In this document: positions 1 through 13,600 of the stretch, one piece after another | Layout: every line of letters starts with the position of its first letter | How positions within the stretch are numbered: the first letter of the stretch is position 1 | NCBI GenBank assembly: GCA_003602515.1 | Contig: QQSB01000005.1 | Location: forward strand, 88,247-152,246 | Reading direction: 5' to 3' | Source of the DNA: Candidatus Poseidoniales archaeon | GTDB lineage: Archaea > Thermoplasmatota > Poseidoniia > Poseidoniales > Thalassarchaeaceae | DNA length: 64,000 nucleotides | Made by a program: the position numbers and the translations under genes | The notes under the pieces: generated by a model | What the model was told of the DNA's origin: nothing | The model's database searches: none | What the model saw: only the letters and a program-made list of their open reading frames with translations

Positions 1-14
1 CTTGGTCAGGTGAA

Positions 15-1586
15 ATGACGCTATCGCAGAATGTCAGGGTGATAAATGGGGGGTCACTATCTTTCGCTAATTCACAAGTAGATATTAGCAATGGTGTAAA
101 AATCTATGTCGATTCAACATCCTTATTGACTCTAGAAAATTCTGGATTAAGTGCAATCGAGCCCCCATCTGGATTAGCGGGATTTGGATATTGTGACGAA
201 GATAACAGATCAGCAGTTTTGGCGTCTTCATCTTCCAGCCAGAATGTTAGGATGTACGTTCGGCCGATTCAAGGATTCACGCTGGACGGCGTAGTTGCGC
301 ATTTTGGAAACGATACCAAAGAGTTGAGCGGCGTTGAGGATTTCATTCCACTCGGAAACGGTCCGATTGATACTTGGGTTGGTTTGACCGGCCCGCTTTG
401 CCATCCGATTTCGCTTAGCGAGATCAGCGTGGAGAGGGCTGGCCAAGAGAGAGTCTGGACTGATGCGGCAGATTTCTCTAATCAAAATATGATGGTGAAC
501 GGAGTTCCCGGGTTCACGATTGAAATTGATGGCTCTATGAATTCAGATTCATCCTCCATCTTCGGTGGCCAGATTTCCTCATCGGGTGTCCTCAACATAA
601 ATGACTCAACCCTTAACAGGGTTGGACCGATCTTATTGACTAGCGACGATGCAGAAATCCATCTAGGAGGGAATACTGAATTAGCAAATAGCACTGATGA
701 TCACGATATCAGGGCAAATGCTCATTCATCGATAAACTGGGGTGCTGAAGTTGTGGGTTCTGGAGGTCTGACTGACAAGTGGGAGAGGCGTTTGGCCGGG
801 CAGAGACTAACATTCGATGCCATGTTCGTAACATACGAAATTACAGGAATGCACAGATTCCCGAGTTACTCAAACTTCAGCAACGAACTGGGAGTTTCAT
901 TCATCGATGGTGGGAGGGAGAGAGTGATCGAGATCGCCTGGTCCGAAGATAATACCTGGGAGGAAACTCCGATTTGGAGCGAGCAGGCAATTGTCACCAT
1001 TACTGATTTCAGAACTGCTTGGAATCCCGAGGAGTCAGGGATAGGAGACTATGGGGGCGGACAATTCGGGCTTTCCTGGGATTCGGAAGTAATCGTCGAA
1101 AACGGTACGCCGATGATGATGTGGAGTAGCTTGTCGGTGGCAGGAGAAAATGGGATTCTGAGTGAAGCCCCCCTCGGCGAATCGGTGAACGTTGATGCCG
1201 TAATTTACAATACCGGATCCGCCGCTGCATCATTGGCAATCAATTGCGAGGACGTCAGTACCAATACAACTGCACAAATCTCACCCTCATTCCCCAACTC
1301 CATCATCGGACCCGGGGAGCAAGTGACGATTTCGTTCAGTTGGAGGGTATCGGTCCTAGGTGAAGATTCCCTCTCCTGCAGAATTCTGACCCCTACACAA
1401 CTAGTGGATGAGTTTGCTTTCGGAGGAGGACAAATGTCCAGTCAGAATGTGAATTGGGTTGCAGCAGAAGATGATAGGGGAAACTCGCCCCTACCAGCCT
1501 TAATCGCATTAGCAATAGCGGCTTCTGTCGGAGGATTCTTTCTATTCTCGATATACAATGAAAGAGAAGAGGACCTAGAAGAATAG
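15..1586 (+). CDS. Membrane-anchored surface protein, probably 5'-truncated by the window edge (beta-helix-like N-part, CARDB/Ig-like C-part, C-terminal TM anchor)
   Basis: The frame is open from nt 3 to the first ATG at 15, so the gene likely starts left of the window. It has G/S/N-rich turn repeats (NGGSLSFANSQVDISNGVKIYVDSTSLLTLENSG). A CARDB-like stretch follows (VNVDAVIYNTGSAAASLAINCED...GPGEQVTISFSWRV). The C-terminal helix ALIALAIAASVGGFFLFSIY is followed by the acidic tail NEREEDLEE. Confidence 0.6.
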   Translation: MTLSQNVRVINGGSLSFANSQVDISNGVKIYVDSTSLLTLENSGLSAIEPPSGLAGFGYCDEDNRSAVLASSSSSQNVRMYVRPIQGFTLDGVVAHFGNDTKELSGVEDFIPLGNGPIDTWVGLTGPLCHPISLSEISVERAGQERVWTDAADFSNQNMMVNGVPGFTIEIDGSMNSDSSSIFGGQISSSGVLNINDSTLNRVGPILLTSDDAEIHLGGNTELANSTDDHDIRANAHSSINWGAEVVGSGGLTDKWERRLAGQRLTFDAMFVTYEITGMHRFPSYSNFSNELGVSFIDGGRERVIEIAWSEDNTWEETPIWSEQAIVTITDFRTAWNPEESGIGDYGGGQFGLSWDSEVIVENGTPMMMWSSLSVAGENGILSEAPLGESVNVDAVIYNTGSAAASLAINCEDVSTNTTAQISPSFPNSIIGPGEQVTISFSWRVSVLGEDSLSCRILTPTQLVDEFAFGGGQMSSQNVNWVAAEDDRGNSPLPALIALAIAASVGGFFLFSIYNEREEDLEE

Positions 1587-1588
1587 CA

Positions 1589-4439
<2,851 letters not shown>

Positions 4440-4440
4440 T

Positions 4441-4475
4441 ATTGTATTTCATTTGCATTTCAATTGCAATACAAT
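4441..4475. promoter_or_regulatory. 35-bp imperfect palindrome in the divergent HD / RHH promoter region; candidate operator
   Basis: ATTGTATT(4441-4448) pairs perfectly with AATACAAT(4468-4475). Six further inner positions also pair around centre 4458. TTGCA occurs twice (4453-57, 4464-68). An AT-rich TATA-like ACAATTATAT follows at 4471-4480. Confidence 0.45.
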
Positions 4476-4536
4476 TATATCCTGTACGCGTCTCTCGCAG
4501 ACTCAGGAGGAACAGAGGGTGCCCGGCAATAGTCCA

Positions 4537-4884
4537 ATGGTCTCGCTAAGGATACCAGAGGACCACCTGCTGGAACTAGACAGACTCGTGGGCTTCGATG
4601 GCATGAGGAACAGGTCCGATGTGATTAGGGAGGCAGTTAGGAGAATGCTATCGACGCCACTGCCCGGTAAGGGGGGTCGAGTTGAGGTGGACCTGGGTCC
4701 TGATTTAACTATCAAACTGAGGGACTACTGCAAGATTGTCGGTGAGCCGGCAGACGTCGTCCTAAGGCAATCAGCCAGGGAGATGATTCGCAAGGAGATG
4801 ATCGAGGGGGCCACGGTTGTGGAACTAATCAGAAAGCGCATGGATGAGTTGCGCTTCAGGCACGATGAGGATTCAAACGCTTAG
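4537..4884 (+). CDS. Ribbon-helix-helix (CopG/NikR-type) DNA-binding protein with two RHH-like units in one chain
   Basis: Unit 1 is VSLRIPEDHLLELDRLV...RNRSDVIREAVRRML. Unit 2 is VEVDLGPDLTIKLRDYCKIVGEPADVVLRQSAREMI. I set the start at ATG 4537. The upstream part of the 163-aa ORF lies in the AT-rich promoter region and is not protein-like. Confidence 0.7.
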   Translation: MVSLRIPEDHLLELDRLVGFDGMRNRSDVIREAVRRMLSTPLPGKGGRVEVDLGPDLTIKLRDYCKIVGEPADVVLRQSAREMIRKEMIEGATVVELIRKRMDELRFRHDEDSNA

Positions 4885-4895
4885 GAGAGAGAGAT

Positions 4896-5090
4896 ATGGG
4901 CGAAGCTGGGATGCACACAAAAAACTCGGGGGAGCGGCATGTCCGCTCCCCCAACCACCATTCAAGAGATGCCAGGAGATTCGGCAACGGACTGAGGAAC
5001 ATCAGAGACAGGGCAAAGAAGCTTAGTAACGCAGTTGGTTATGAGCCCAGTGAAGCCCCTCGAGTCCCCAGGGAAGCAGAACAGAGTTAG
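4896..5090 (+). CDS. Hypothetical very basic 64-aa protein (may instead be non-coding)
   Basis: An AGGAG sits at 4884-4888, 7 nt before the ATG. The product is R/K/H-rich and low-complexity, with no recognisable motif. The ORF contains the strong hairpin at 4928-4952. Confidence 0.3.
   Translation: MGEAGMHTKNSGERHVRSPNHHSRDARRFGNGLRNIRDRAKKLSNAVGYEPSEAPRVPREAEQS
4928..4952 (+). other. Perfect 10-bp GC-rich stem with a 5-nt loop
   Basis: GGGGGAGCGG(4928-4937) CATGT CCGCTCCCCC(4943-4952). All ten pairs are Watson-Crick. Confidence 0.85.
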
Positions 5091-5167
5091 AACTCAATAC
5101 ACACACCGTCCCGTACCACGCGTGCGGGGCAACCTGAATCTTCCCAGATGTAATCCCAATTTTCGGG

Positions 5168-7204
5168 ATGCAAACTTATGGACGGTCAATTTCCCGATTC
5201 ATCTCCGTGTCTAGTTCAGGGTTGGCAAATAGCAGTCTTTTCTTCGCTCATGAGGCTCCAAGGGAGTCACAAATAGGAATGATATCTGATGGAATTGACG
5301 CATTGAAGAATAGGGGTTTCCTACTCGCCGCGGCACCTACGGGTATTGGAAAGACTGCTGCTGCACTAGCATCCGCACTAAATGCTGCTAATCAAAGTGA
5401 GAATCCAGAGATTCCAAAAATTATGTTTCTAACTGGGAGGCAATCGCAACACAGAATCGTAGTTGACACAATACGTGAAATCAACAAGAGGCTGCCAAGT
5501 GGATTCAGCAGGGTGAAAGTGGTTGACATCATTGGACGAGAGAGTATGTGCAAATCTGTAGATCGGTCAACGGGAAAGTGCAATTGTGAAATTGGGGTAA
5601 CTGAATCGGAGAGGAGGTTCCTGAGAGCGGACTTAGAGGAGTTCATCCATTCTGAACCGAGGCATGTTGATCAGGTTCTGAAGCGAGTCAGGAAGACAGA
5701 AGTGTGTGCTTGGGCAACTGCAAGAGAAGCGGCAAAAAATACTAGGGTAATCGTCTGCGACTACAATCACGTTTTCGTGGAGGGCGTCAGAGATTCTTCA
5801 CTCCCAGTAATGGGAATAGATCTAGAAAACACGATTCTAATCGTCGATGAGGCACATAACCTCCCGGATCGTATTAGGAGCGGCCTGGAGAGAAGGATCA
5901 CTCAGAAAGTATTCCAAAGAGCATTGTCTGATGTAGAAGAATACAAGGAGAGTACGGAGAAAAGAGAAGAAGACTTGGAGATTCCTGAATCGAATCAACT
6001 TAGGGAAGCAAAATCTCTAGAGAGACAAATTCGAGCTCTGAGGGATAATGCAAGTCTAAGGAAATGGTTCGAAGAGAAGATGTCTGAGAACCAACAAACT
6101 AAGGGAGATGACGTCAGAGTAGCGACTCAGGAATTCATAGACATTGTTTCGAAGGCCATAGAGGGAGTGCTAGAAGAAGAACCTGAAGACGATATTTCTC
6201 GTCTAAGGGGGATGATTGCAAGATTGTTATCAGTCGTAATCGAAGAAGATGAGGATTTAGAGGAAGATGACCAGAATGAATGTACTAGGCTTGCTGAGAT
6301 CTTGGAGATTTGTATCAGATATAGGAAAAATCCAGCATTGGCATTGGTCTTCGATGAGCTTTTAGATGAGCCAAGGATAACTAGTCATCTGCTGGATCCT
6401 AGTGTTGTTGGGGAGCCTATCTTCGAACAATGCCTAGGTTCGATATTGATGTCTGGAACACTATTCCCTCCAGAAATGTATGCAGATATACTAGGAGTGC
6501 CGAGTATTCGTTCTTCATGCAACGAGTATTCGTCGGATTTCCCCTTGGGCAATAGACCCGTGCTAATTGCAAGTGATGTGACAAGCAAGTTCACTGAAAG
6601 AGAGGAGTGTTTTTCTTCAATAATTAGCCATGTAAAATCTGTAATTGAGAACACGAAAGGAAACGTTGCCATTTTTGCCCCCAGCTATTCTATGCTAGAT
6701 AGGATTCATGACGAGTTTGAGAATACTTGGAGTCCAAAGAAAATAATCAGAGAAGAGCAGCGAATGAGTAAATCGGGAGTAGAGAGTTTGATCTCCAAAC
6801 TCTATGAGCAGAAGCAAATGGGAGGTGCTGCACTTTTTGGAGTACTAAGTGGAAAGTTATCCGAAGGTGTCGACTATTCGGAAAATGTTCTGAATGCTCT
6901 TGTTTGTGTTGGCCTACCTTTGCCTCCTCCGAGTGCCAGACAAGATGCCTTGCTAGAGTATTATTCGAAGAAGTATGATAGGAACCGTGCATGGAAGTAT
7001 GCAAGTCTTCAACCGGCTGTTAACAGCATACTGCAAGCCCTTGGAAGACCAATCAGGAAGAAGGAGGATAGGGCGATTGTAGTCCTCCTAGAGAAGAGGC
7101 TCCTAGAAAGAAGAGTCAGCAGTTGTATGCCTGCAATGCAGAAGATGAGGACATCGAAACCAGAGAGGACGGCTGAACGGGTCAAGGCATTTTTTGAGAT
7201 CTGA
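5168..7204 (+). CDS. xpd: XPD/Rad3-family (DEAD_2) 5'-3' DNA helicase
   Basis: The Q-motif-like region is FFAHEAPRESQ. Walker A is AAPTGIGKTAA and motif II is IVDEAHNLPD. The cysteines MCK..KCNC..VCAW sit where the FeS domain lies. DYNHVF is present, as is the C-terminal helicase_C_2-like GKLSEGVDY...QALGRPIR. Confidence 0.85.
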   Translation: MQTYGRSISRFISVSSSGLANSSLFFAHEAPRESQIGMISDGIDALKNRGFLLAAAPTGIGKTAAALASALNAANQSENPEIPKIMFLTGRQSQHRIVVDTIREINKRLPSGFSRVKVVDIIGRESMCKSVDRSTGKCNCEIGVTESERRFLRADLEEFIHSEPRHVDQVLKRVRKTEVCAWATAREAAKNTRVIVCDYNHVFVEGVRDSSLPVMGIDLENTILIVDEAHNLPDRIRSGLERRITQKVFQRALSDVEEYKESTEKREEDLEIPESNQLREAKSLERQIRALRDNASLRKWFEEKMSENQQTKGDDVRVATQEFIDIVSKAIEGVLEEEPEDDISRLRGMIARLLSVVIEEDEDLEEDDQNECTRLAEILEICIRYRKNPALALVFDELLDEPRITSHLLDPSVVGEPIFEQCLGSILMSGTLFPPEMYADILGVPSIRSSCNEYSSDFPLGNRPVLIASDVTSKFTEREECFSSIISHVKSVIENTKGNVAIFAPSYSMLDRIHDEFENTWSPKKIIREEQRMSKSGVESLISKLYEQKQMGGAALFGVLSGKLSEGVDYSENVLNALVCVGLPLPPPSARQDALLEYYSKKYDRNRAWKYASLQPAVNSILQALGRPIRKKEDRAIVVLLEKRLLERRVSSCMPAMQKMRTSKPERTAERVKAFFEI

Positions 7205-7244
7205 CCAACAATGGGTTCATGCGAGTCGCACAACTGGGTATTGC

Positions 7245-7697
7245 ATGGAGTGGACTAGGGTCGATGTCCAATCTGATGCGGAGATGGGGGCAATTGGTGG
7301 TCTGGCGGATCTTAAAGTCGGCCTTGATACAGATGCAGAGTCTATGCATCGAGTCTTCCTAGATGAGTTGCCCCATCTATCAGAGGTAATGGAGATGCAC
7401 AACTCCGTAGTTTCTGAAGCAGAGTCTAGAGTCGTTAGCGAGTCCATTTCTACCTTGGGTGAGTTTGTCTCCGAGTTCGGGGGAGAGTGGTCGGGATCTG
7501 AAATAAGACTGCCCTTGCAAACAACAGAAAAGAGCGAGATTGCCATCGACACTATGATTGAAAATAACTCTCAGATTGTCCGAATGATCTCTCCGGAGAG
7601 GTTCGGCGGATTGGTGAGGAAATTCCGACTACCCGAGGGGAGGAGCGTTGCAGAGGCAATTTGGGAAGGGGAATTCATTTCAATCAAGTTAGATTGA
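7245..7697 (+). CDS. Hypothetical acidic protein; C-terminus weakly resembles an Hsp20/alpha-crystallin motif
   Basis: ATG 7245 is preferred over TTG 7194, which overlaps the helicase. The C-terminal RKFRLPEGRSVAEAIWEGEFISIKL resembles the R.F.LP..V....A....G.L.I consensus. This is motif-level only. Confidence 0.4.
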   Translation: MEWTRVDVQSDAEMGAIGGLADLKVGLDTDAESMHRVFLDELPHLSEVMEMHNSVVSEAESRVVSESISTLGEFVSEFGGEWSGSEIRLPLQTTEKSEIAIDTMIENNSQIVRMISPERFGGLVRKFRLPEGRSVAEAIWEGEFISIKLD

Positions 7698-7698
7698 G

Positions 7699-10600
7699 TC
7701 ATTCATCGATCTCGAAATGAAGATCCCTCTCTGGTATGTCTTGAATCGCCTCTATCTCCTGCATGACCGAAGAGAGCGCCAGTTGTGCGTTATCCCTATG
7801 AGTATCCCCGAGAACGTGGCTTGAGTACCTGGCCTCCTCGAAGATTCGATCCAAGGACACCAAGGAGGCCTCGCTGATTGGGAGGGCCGCCCGGATTGCG
7901 TGCTCGAACTCTCTCACAGTCTCGAAGCTCCTTCGTAGGAAGCCCCGGCGCATGAGGACCGAACACATATTGTCGTAGCACAGGAAGATTGCTCGTCGAT
8001 ATTCATCGCCAGATGCTAGCATCTCCACGGTCTGTCCCAGAACCTTGGCGAGTTCCCTAATTGTTGATTTTCTCTTAGTATTGAAAGCCATGGCTCCGAT
8101 GGCAATAGCGATGGCTGCTATCACCAGGGCACCGATTCCAACGGCTGCGCTGCCGAAGAAAGAGTCCCCCTCCTGTTTCTCATAAGTAATGGAAACGCCA
8201 GAGGATGGCAGTAAGGCGAGGCTACCTGGTTCGATGAACTCTGAGTCCGAACCAATCATCACGCCTAGAAGGCCCCATCCCTCTGGTGGCAGGGATTGTT
8301 CTGAAAAGGCAGGAAGGGGCGCCATTGACTTGAATTCATACTGGAAGACTCCGTCTTCTCCAGTTAGCTTGGAGACTGAGAAGTGAGTGGTACTGCCATT
8401 TACCAGACTGGCCGTTAGGGAAAGCCCCTCCAGAGGGGCCCCGGTATCCCTAGCCGTGGCGTTTACAGTTCCCTTGATTACCCTCTGACCGTTTGATAGA
8501 TCAAGTTCCGAGTATACGAAGTCAACCTCGATCATCACCAGAATCTCAATTTCCTTAGAAAGCCCGTTCAGGAATCTCGACTGGTCGGAGTCGACCACTA
8601 TGGCAATGACGTTCTCTCCGGGGTACATGAATTCCTGGGCCTTCGCTCTTATCTGGAAGTTCATCGTGCTCGGATTATCCCATGGCCCTGCAGTGATCGG
8701 AAGTTCAGACTCCCCCCAAGTTAGGCTCATGGAAAGGTTGGCGAAGATTGCTGATTCCCCTCCTACTTCTCTTACGAGTCCTTGAATCATTATTGAGCTA
8801 GAAGGAGAGGCATCGCCTCGAATGATAGTATTGGTAATTGGCTGTACCTCGACTACGATGTCAGACAGGGCAAAGACCTGCGAAACAGACTCTGCGGAGA
8901 GGTAGAGCAACTCGCCACCGAATTGGAATGAGACATTATGTGAACCTCTGCTCAATGCGTATTGCACTCTATGGCTGTAGGAGAAGAAGCCTCCTTCCTC
9001 CGTGACTACCAATTCGGCAGGAGTTCCATCCAAAAATATCGATATCTCCCTCCCCTCGAGGCCCTGCTCGAAACCGGTATCGGATTCGTAAAGCCGGCCG
9101 CTGAAGTTCCAATGGCCCCCCCTAGTAACATATGTCTGTTCGACCTGGTGTGAAATTGTGGTATGGTAAGAAACTGTGAAATTGGAATCTACCAATCCCT
9201 GCCTGTAGAATCCTTGTGCAGGCGAGATTGCAGAAATAGAATGGTTTCCTACATCCATAGACTCTGGGATTATCCACTCCAAGGACCAAATGCCATTTTC
9301 CTGGCTACTGGTGATTCCAACTAATACGCCATCTACGAATACCTCGATTGTTTGACTCCCTAGCCAACCATCCTCCAAGTTGTCCTCTGCAGTACCAGAA
9401 ATCAGCATGACGTCTCCGACGGCGATTGGCCCGATTGGATCCATTGTGAGGAAAACTGGGGAGAATACAGTGAATACCACGGATGATTCCGAAGGAAGAA
9501 GGAAATCCTCCCCAGCGAACTCTATCCCGATTACCATTGGTCCGAGTTCCATATCTGATGCAATGGGGACAAAACCTGTGAATGACCCATTTACGTCCAC
9601 AGATAGTGATGTAATCTCCTGCCCATTCACCGACATGGCAAGATCCCTATTTGGGATGGTCCGTCCTACGCCATCTGTTAGCACGCCTTCTACCACTGCC
9701 ACCTCTGTTCTGTCAATCTCGGCGGGCGGGGTAGAAATCACTACTTGAGTCGGTTGAGTGACATTGAACACCATTGAGTCGGAGGAGCCCAAATAGTATT
9801 CTGGATTTAGAGAGTCTCCTTGACCCATTGGATCTACCCAGGAAAATCCCCCTAGGAAGTCTACGCGAGCAGTATGGGGGCCGAAGTCCATATCTGAAGG
9901 GATCAGGTATGTTATCGACCACTGGCCCGTAGTAGCGTTGGAGAAAGTAGTGTAGGAGGGTCCGACGTCGATACCATCGACATACAGGTGAACAAGGCCG
10001 CCGCTAGAGTTGCCGTCATGTTGCAGGAGTTGCCCCCTTTCATCCAAAAGTGAGCCGACCAGAGTTACCGAACCACCCGATATGGATGGCGAGGATGCTT
10101 CCTTCAGGACCAGTTCTGTGGGAGCTAGAACGACTACTCGGGTCCATGCCTCATCACCCAGAAGGCCAATAGTCCCATTGATTCCCGAGAAGGTAGCTGT
10201 GACAACCATTGGACCTGGTTGTCTATCCGGCCTGACAAGTATTGATGCTGAGGCAGTGCCATTCGAATCGGACAGACCGCCCCATACGGTGAGATTGTCA
10301 ATTCTCACCACTATAGTCGCAGATGTTATTGGCCCGCCAGCATTATCGATTAGTGAAAGGGAGATATCGAAAGTTTCCCCTCTGACAGTCCTATTATCGG
10401 GGTCGAGGTCATCTGGGCTTTCTATGGTTAAGACCGAAAAACCTCTGCTATCGAATGTGGCAAACCCGGATGCAGAGGTAAAATATGTCACCTGCGGAGT
10501 GAAAGAAACATCCAATCCATGTACTCCTCGCGGGAATGATAGGTCGAGCCGTAGTTCCGCCAACCAAGATCCATCGGCGTTGAATGTTACTTGGGAAACC

Positions 10601-13600
10601 GTGAATGTACTGGAGTCACCGTCAATAGAGAATGTCAGTGTTGGATTCAAGGGGTTCCCAGAAATGTCGGCTAGTCCCGATCCGTTGCTTGATGTAAGAG
10701 ACCCGGTGACGTTGAAGAATTCTCCCGGTAGTGGGTTCGTGGTAATAGGATCTATTGCCATGGTGGCCGAAGATCTAACTGTAATTGTATTCAGAATCTG
10801 AACCGCTTGTTGGAGGTCAACGGACCCGTTGAATACGAAGGTGACATTCACAAGGCCAAGTGGGTGGTCATGGGGAACTTCGAATTCGAAGGCTACGCTG
10901 CCATCAGAAGCGGTGACTGCAGTTTCTAGCCAAGTATCATGGAAGCGGGCCAATACTTCGAAGCCGGAGAGAGGGTTCTCGTTATTGCTAAACTCGACTA
11001 GCCTAGTTGTGATGGTGATTGATTCGCCTCTGTCCACGATGGTGTTAACGAACGGATTAGAGTCGACGAATTGGGGAATTCCTATCACTAGTATTGATGC
11101 ATCTCCATTTCCTGTAAGATAGAATGGTGTCGAGCCATTGACTACGCTCACGACCACAGTCCTGTCACCTCTGAGGACACCGTTTCCTAGGGTATCAGTA
11201 GGGACAGTGAGATTGAATGCGCCCGACATATTAGTAGTCTGGTTTTCGATCAGAAGTTCGCCTGGTTCGTCTAGGAAGAAGACGTTGATTCCTACGGGCC
11301 CGTCTACCGTCCTATTTACATCTGCTGAGTCCATCACATTACCCACTAAGTTGAATGATTGTAGTGCAGTAACCTGAGAGGGGATTGAGTTGATCTCAAC
11401 CGAGCTAGCAACTTGCACTGTTAGGTTCACGAAACTTTCGTTCCCAAGCCATCTTCCTGCTTCGGTCGAAGTCAGCGTATCCGAAAGGTCATCTGGTGCG
11501 TGCACCCTGATGTCGTAGAATCCGGGTGGGGCAGTTGATGGTATGATTGGATCGAATGAGACCTGGCCTTGTGAGTTGGTGGTTCCGGATTGCAGGATAT
11601 CCTGCAAGGGCCCACCCCAGTCAAAGTATAGATCCAGAGCAACGCCAGAAAGTACTACATCTGGATCCTCAACATCTGTAACGGTTGATTGGAGCAGTAA
11701 TTCTTCTCCTGCAGTTACTATCGAGGCTTGGGGGTCGGTCTCGATGACGAACTCAGTCTGTACACCTAAATCTATTATGGTTGGATCTCCAGCATTGTAG
11801 TAGCTCCCTCCTACGGGAGGGTTTCCAGAGAAACTCAATGTGATATGAAGCTCGTACACACCAGAGGAGACGCCCTGTGGGATCTCGAATGAGATATTGT
11901 ATGTGCCCGTCGTTTCATCCACCCAACCGTTTGCGATATTGTAGGTGGGCCCGGCTGCTGGGAATCCACCGGGAGTTGGGGGGAGTTCAGAGGGTAAGAC
12001 AAGTTGCACCAATACAGAACTGTTGTTACCGGTGATCGGACTCTGCAAAACCATATCGTTTGCGGAACCAGAGACCCAATTTGTCGAGCCCCGTATAGAC
12101 CAATCACTAGAGAGGCTTGCAGAGGCATTACCCATTCCTCTGACCCTTAGAACTCCTGATGTAGAGTTGGGGCTGAGCCAAGTGGAGCCTCCATAGCTAA
12201 GATTCCAATCATAGTCCCCGGGAGTCATCGTGAATGAAGGAATGAAGGCAGGGGTAACCCGGCCAGCATCAGGATTTGATTCGTTCCAAACTAGATCGCC
12301 ATCAAAAATTAGTTCGTATTCGCCATCGAATGGGGCGAATGATGAGCCTGTGTGATCCTCCAGGAATACGTCAACTGCATACTCTCTGCCCCTAATCGCA
12401 AATGGTAGTTCATAGTCGAAAACAACGAAACTGCGTATACCATAGGTATCGATAAATTGCTCTTGGTCATTCGAATTTAAGTTGTCGGAGTCGAACTGTA
12501 GACGTACATCGACCGGTCCCGCCGGAAGAGGGACTTCAGAGGCGGAGAAGGACCAAATGATGGAGAATTCGCCGGAGTTGGAACCCCAAGAGGAATTATT
12601 CAGGTACCATGTAGTCAATTCTTGGAATGGTCCCGAGAGGTCGGCCCTACGCATCTCTAGAATCAATGTCCCGTTTAGCGGGGTAGGAGATGGCCCCCTG
12701 CTGAGAACCGTGCCATTGAGGTAGATACTGCTGCCGATTTCCAAAATCGAGTTATTCAGTCCCTGGGACTGGATATCTACTGTCAGGTTGGGAGAAAGCG
12801 TGATGTTGAACTTGAAAGGGAGGGATCCGGGTAGTGCGTGGTAAGAAGCAGGGGTGGCATTATTCAAATCGTCGAAATGCCAACCATCGAATGAAATCGC
12901 GGCATCCATCAATCCGAGTGGTTCTGTCTCATCGATTGGCACAATGAACTCGTAGTACCCTCCTCCAGATACTCCGGAAGCAATCGATACTTCGCCATCA
13001 ACGACTGATGAGTAGTTCAGAGTGACCTGTAGATCATCTACAATTGAAGGATCCAAGAAAGGTGAGTTCGCCCAAGAAAGTTGCCCGGTAATTGATGAGT
13101 TTACCCCGATTCCTAGCATTGGCTGTCCTACTGGATTTGGGCTCGTGATAGTCATAGATACGTTATCCGTGACATTTACCTGCCAAGGCATAGAAATCCC
13201 TTGCGTGCCCACATAACCCATCTCAGTGGTTAGTATTACCAAAGATCCGAATCCTGGTTGAATTATCTGTTGGGGGAGCCCGGTTAGGTTGAATGATCCG
13301 TTCTCATCCGTCGTCACATTAGCTACCAAGTGATCTAAGATGGCTGCACTCCCGGGCACCTGTTCGGATTGGTTTGGCTCGACGAGGTACATCGAGAGTG
13401 TGATATTTTCCACCAGAGTCTGGTTTTCTACAAACTCCAAGGTACCCTCGACCCAGATTTCCTCCGATGTAGTTGTGTTCCTCTGAACAGAAGTCGGACC
13501 CCAAGAATCCACATTAACCCTAACTTCAGACATCGGCGGGCAGGCTTCGAAGGGGATCCAACCGAGATCCAGCTCACCCTGGTTTTGATTGGTCTGCAAA

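Noticed and set aside
4885-5167. The possibility that the long gap encodes SRP (7S) RNA or RNase P RNA. The GGGAAGCAGAAC near 5070 faintly recalls the SRP helix-8 GGAAGCAGC.
   Set aside because: The flanking sequence lacks the GNAR tetraloop and closing stem of helix 8. I could not find the 5'/3' terminal pairing or an RNase P CR-I (GGAAAGUCC). I kept it only as an unexplained structured region.
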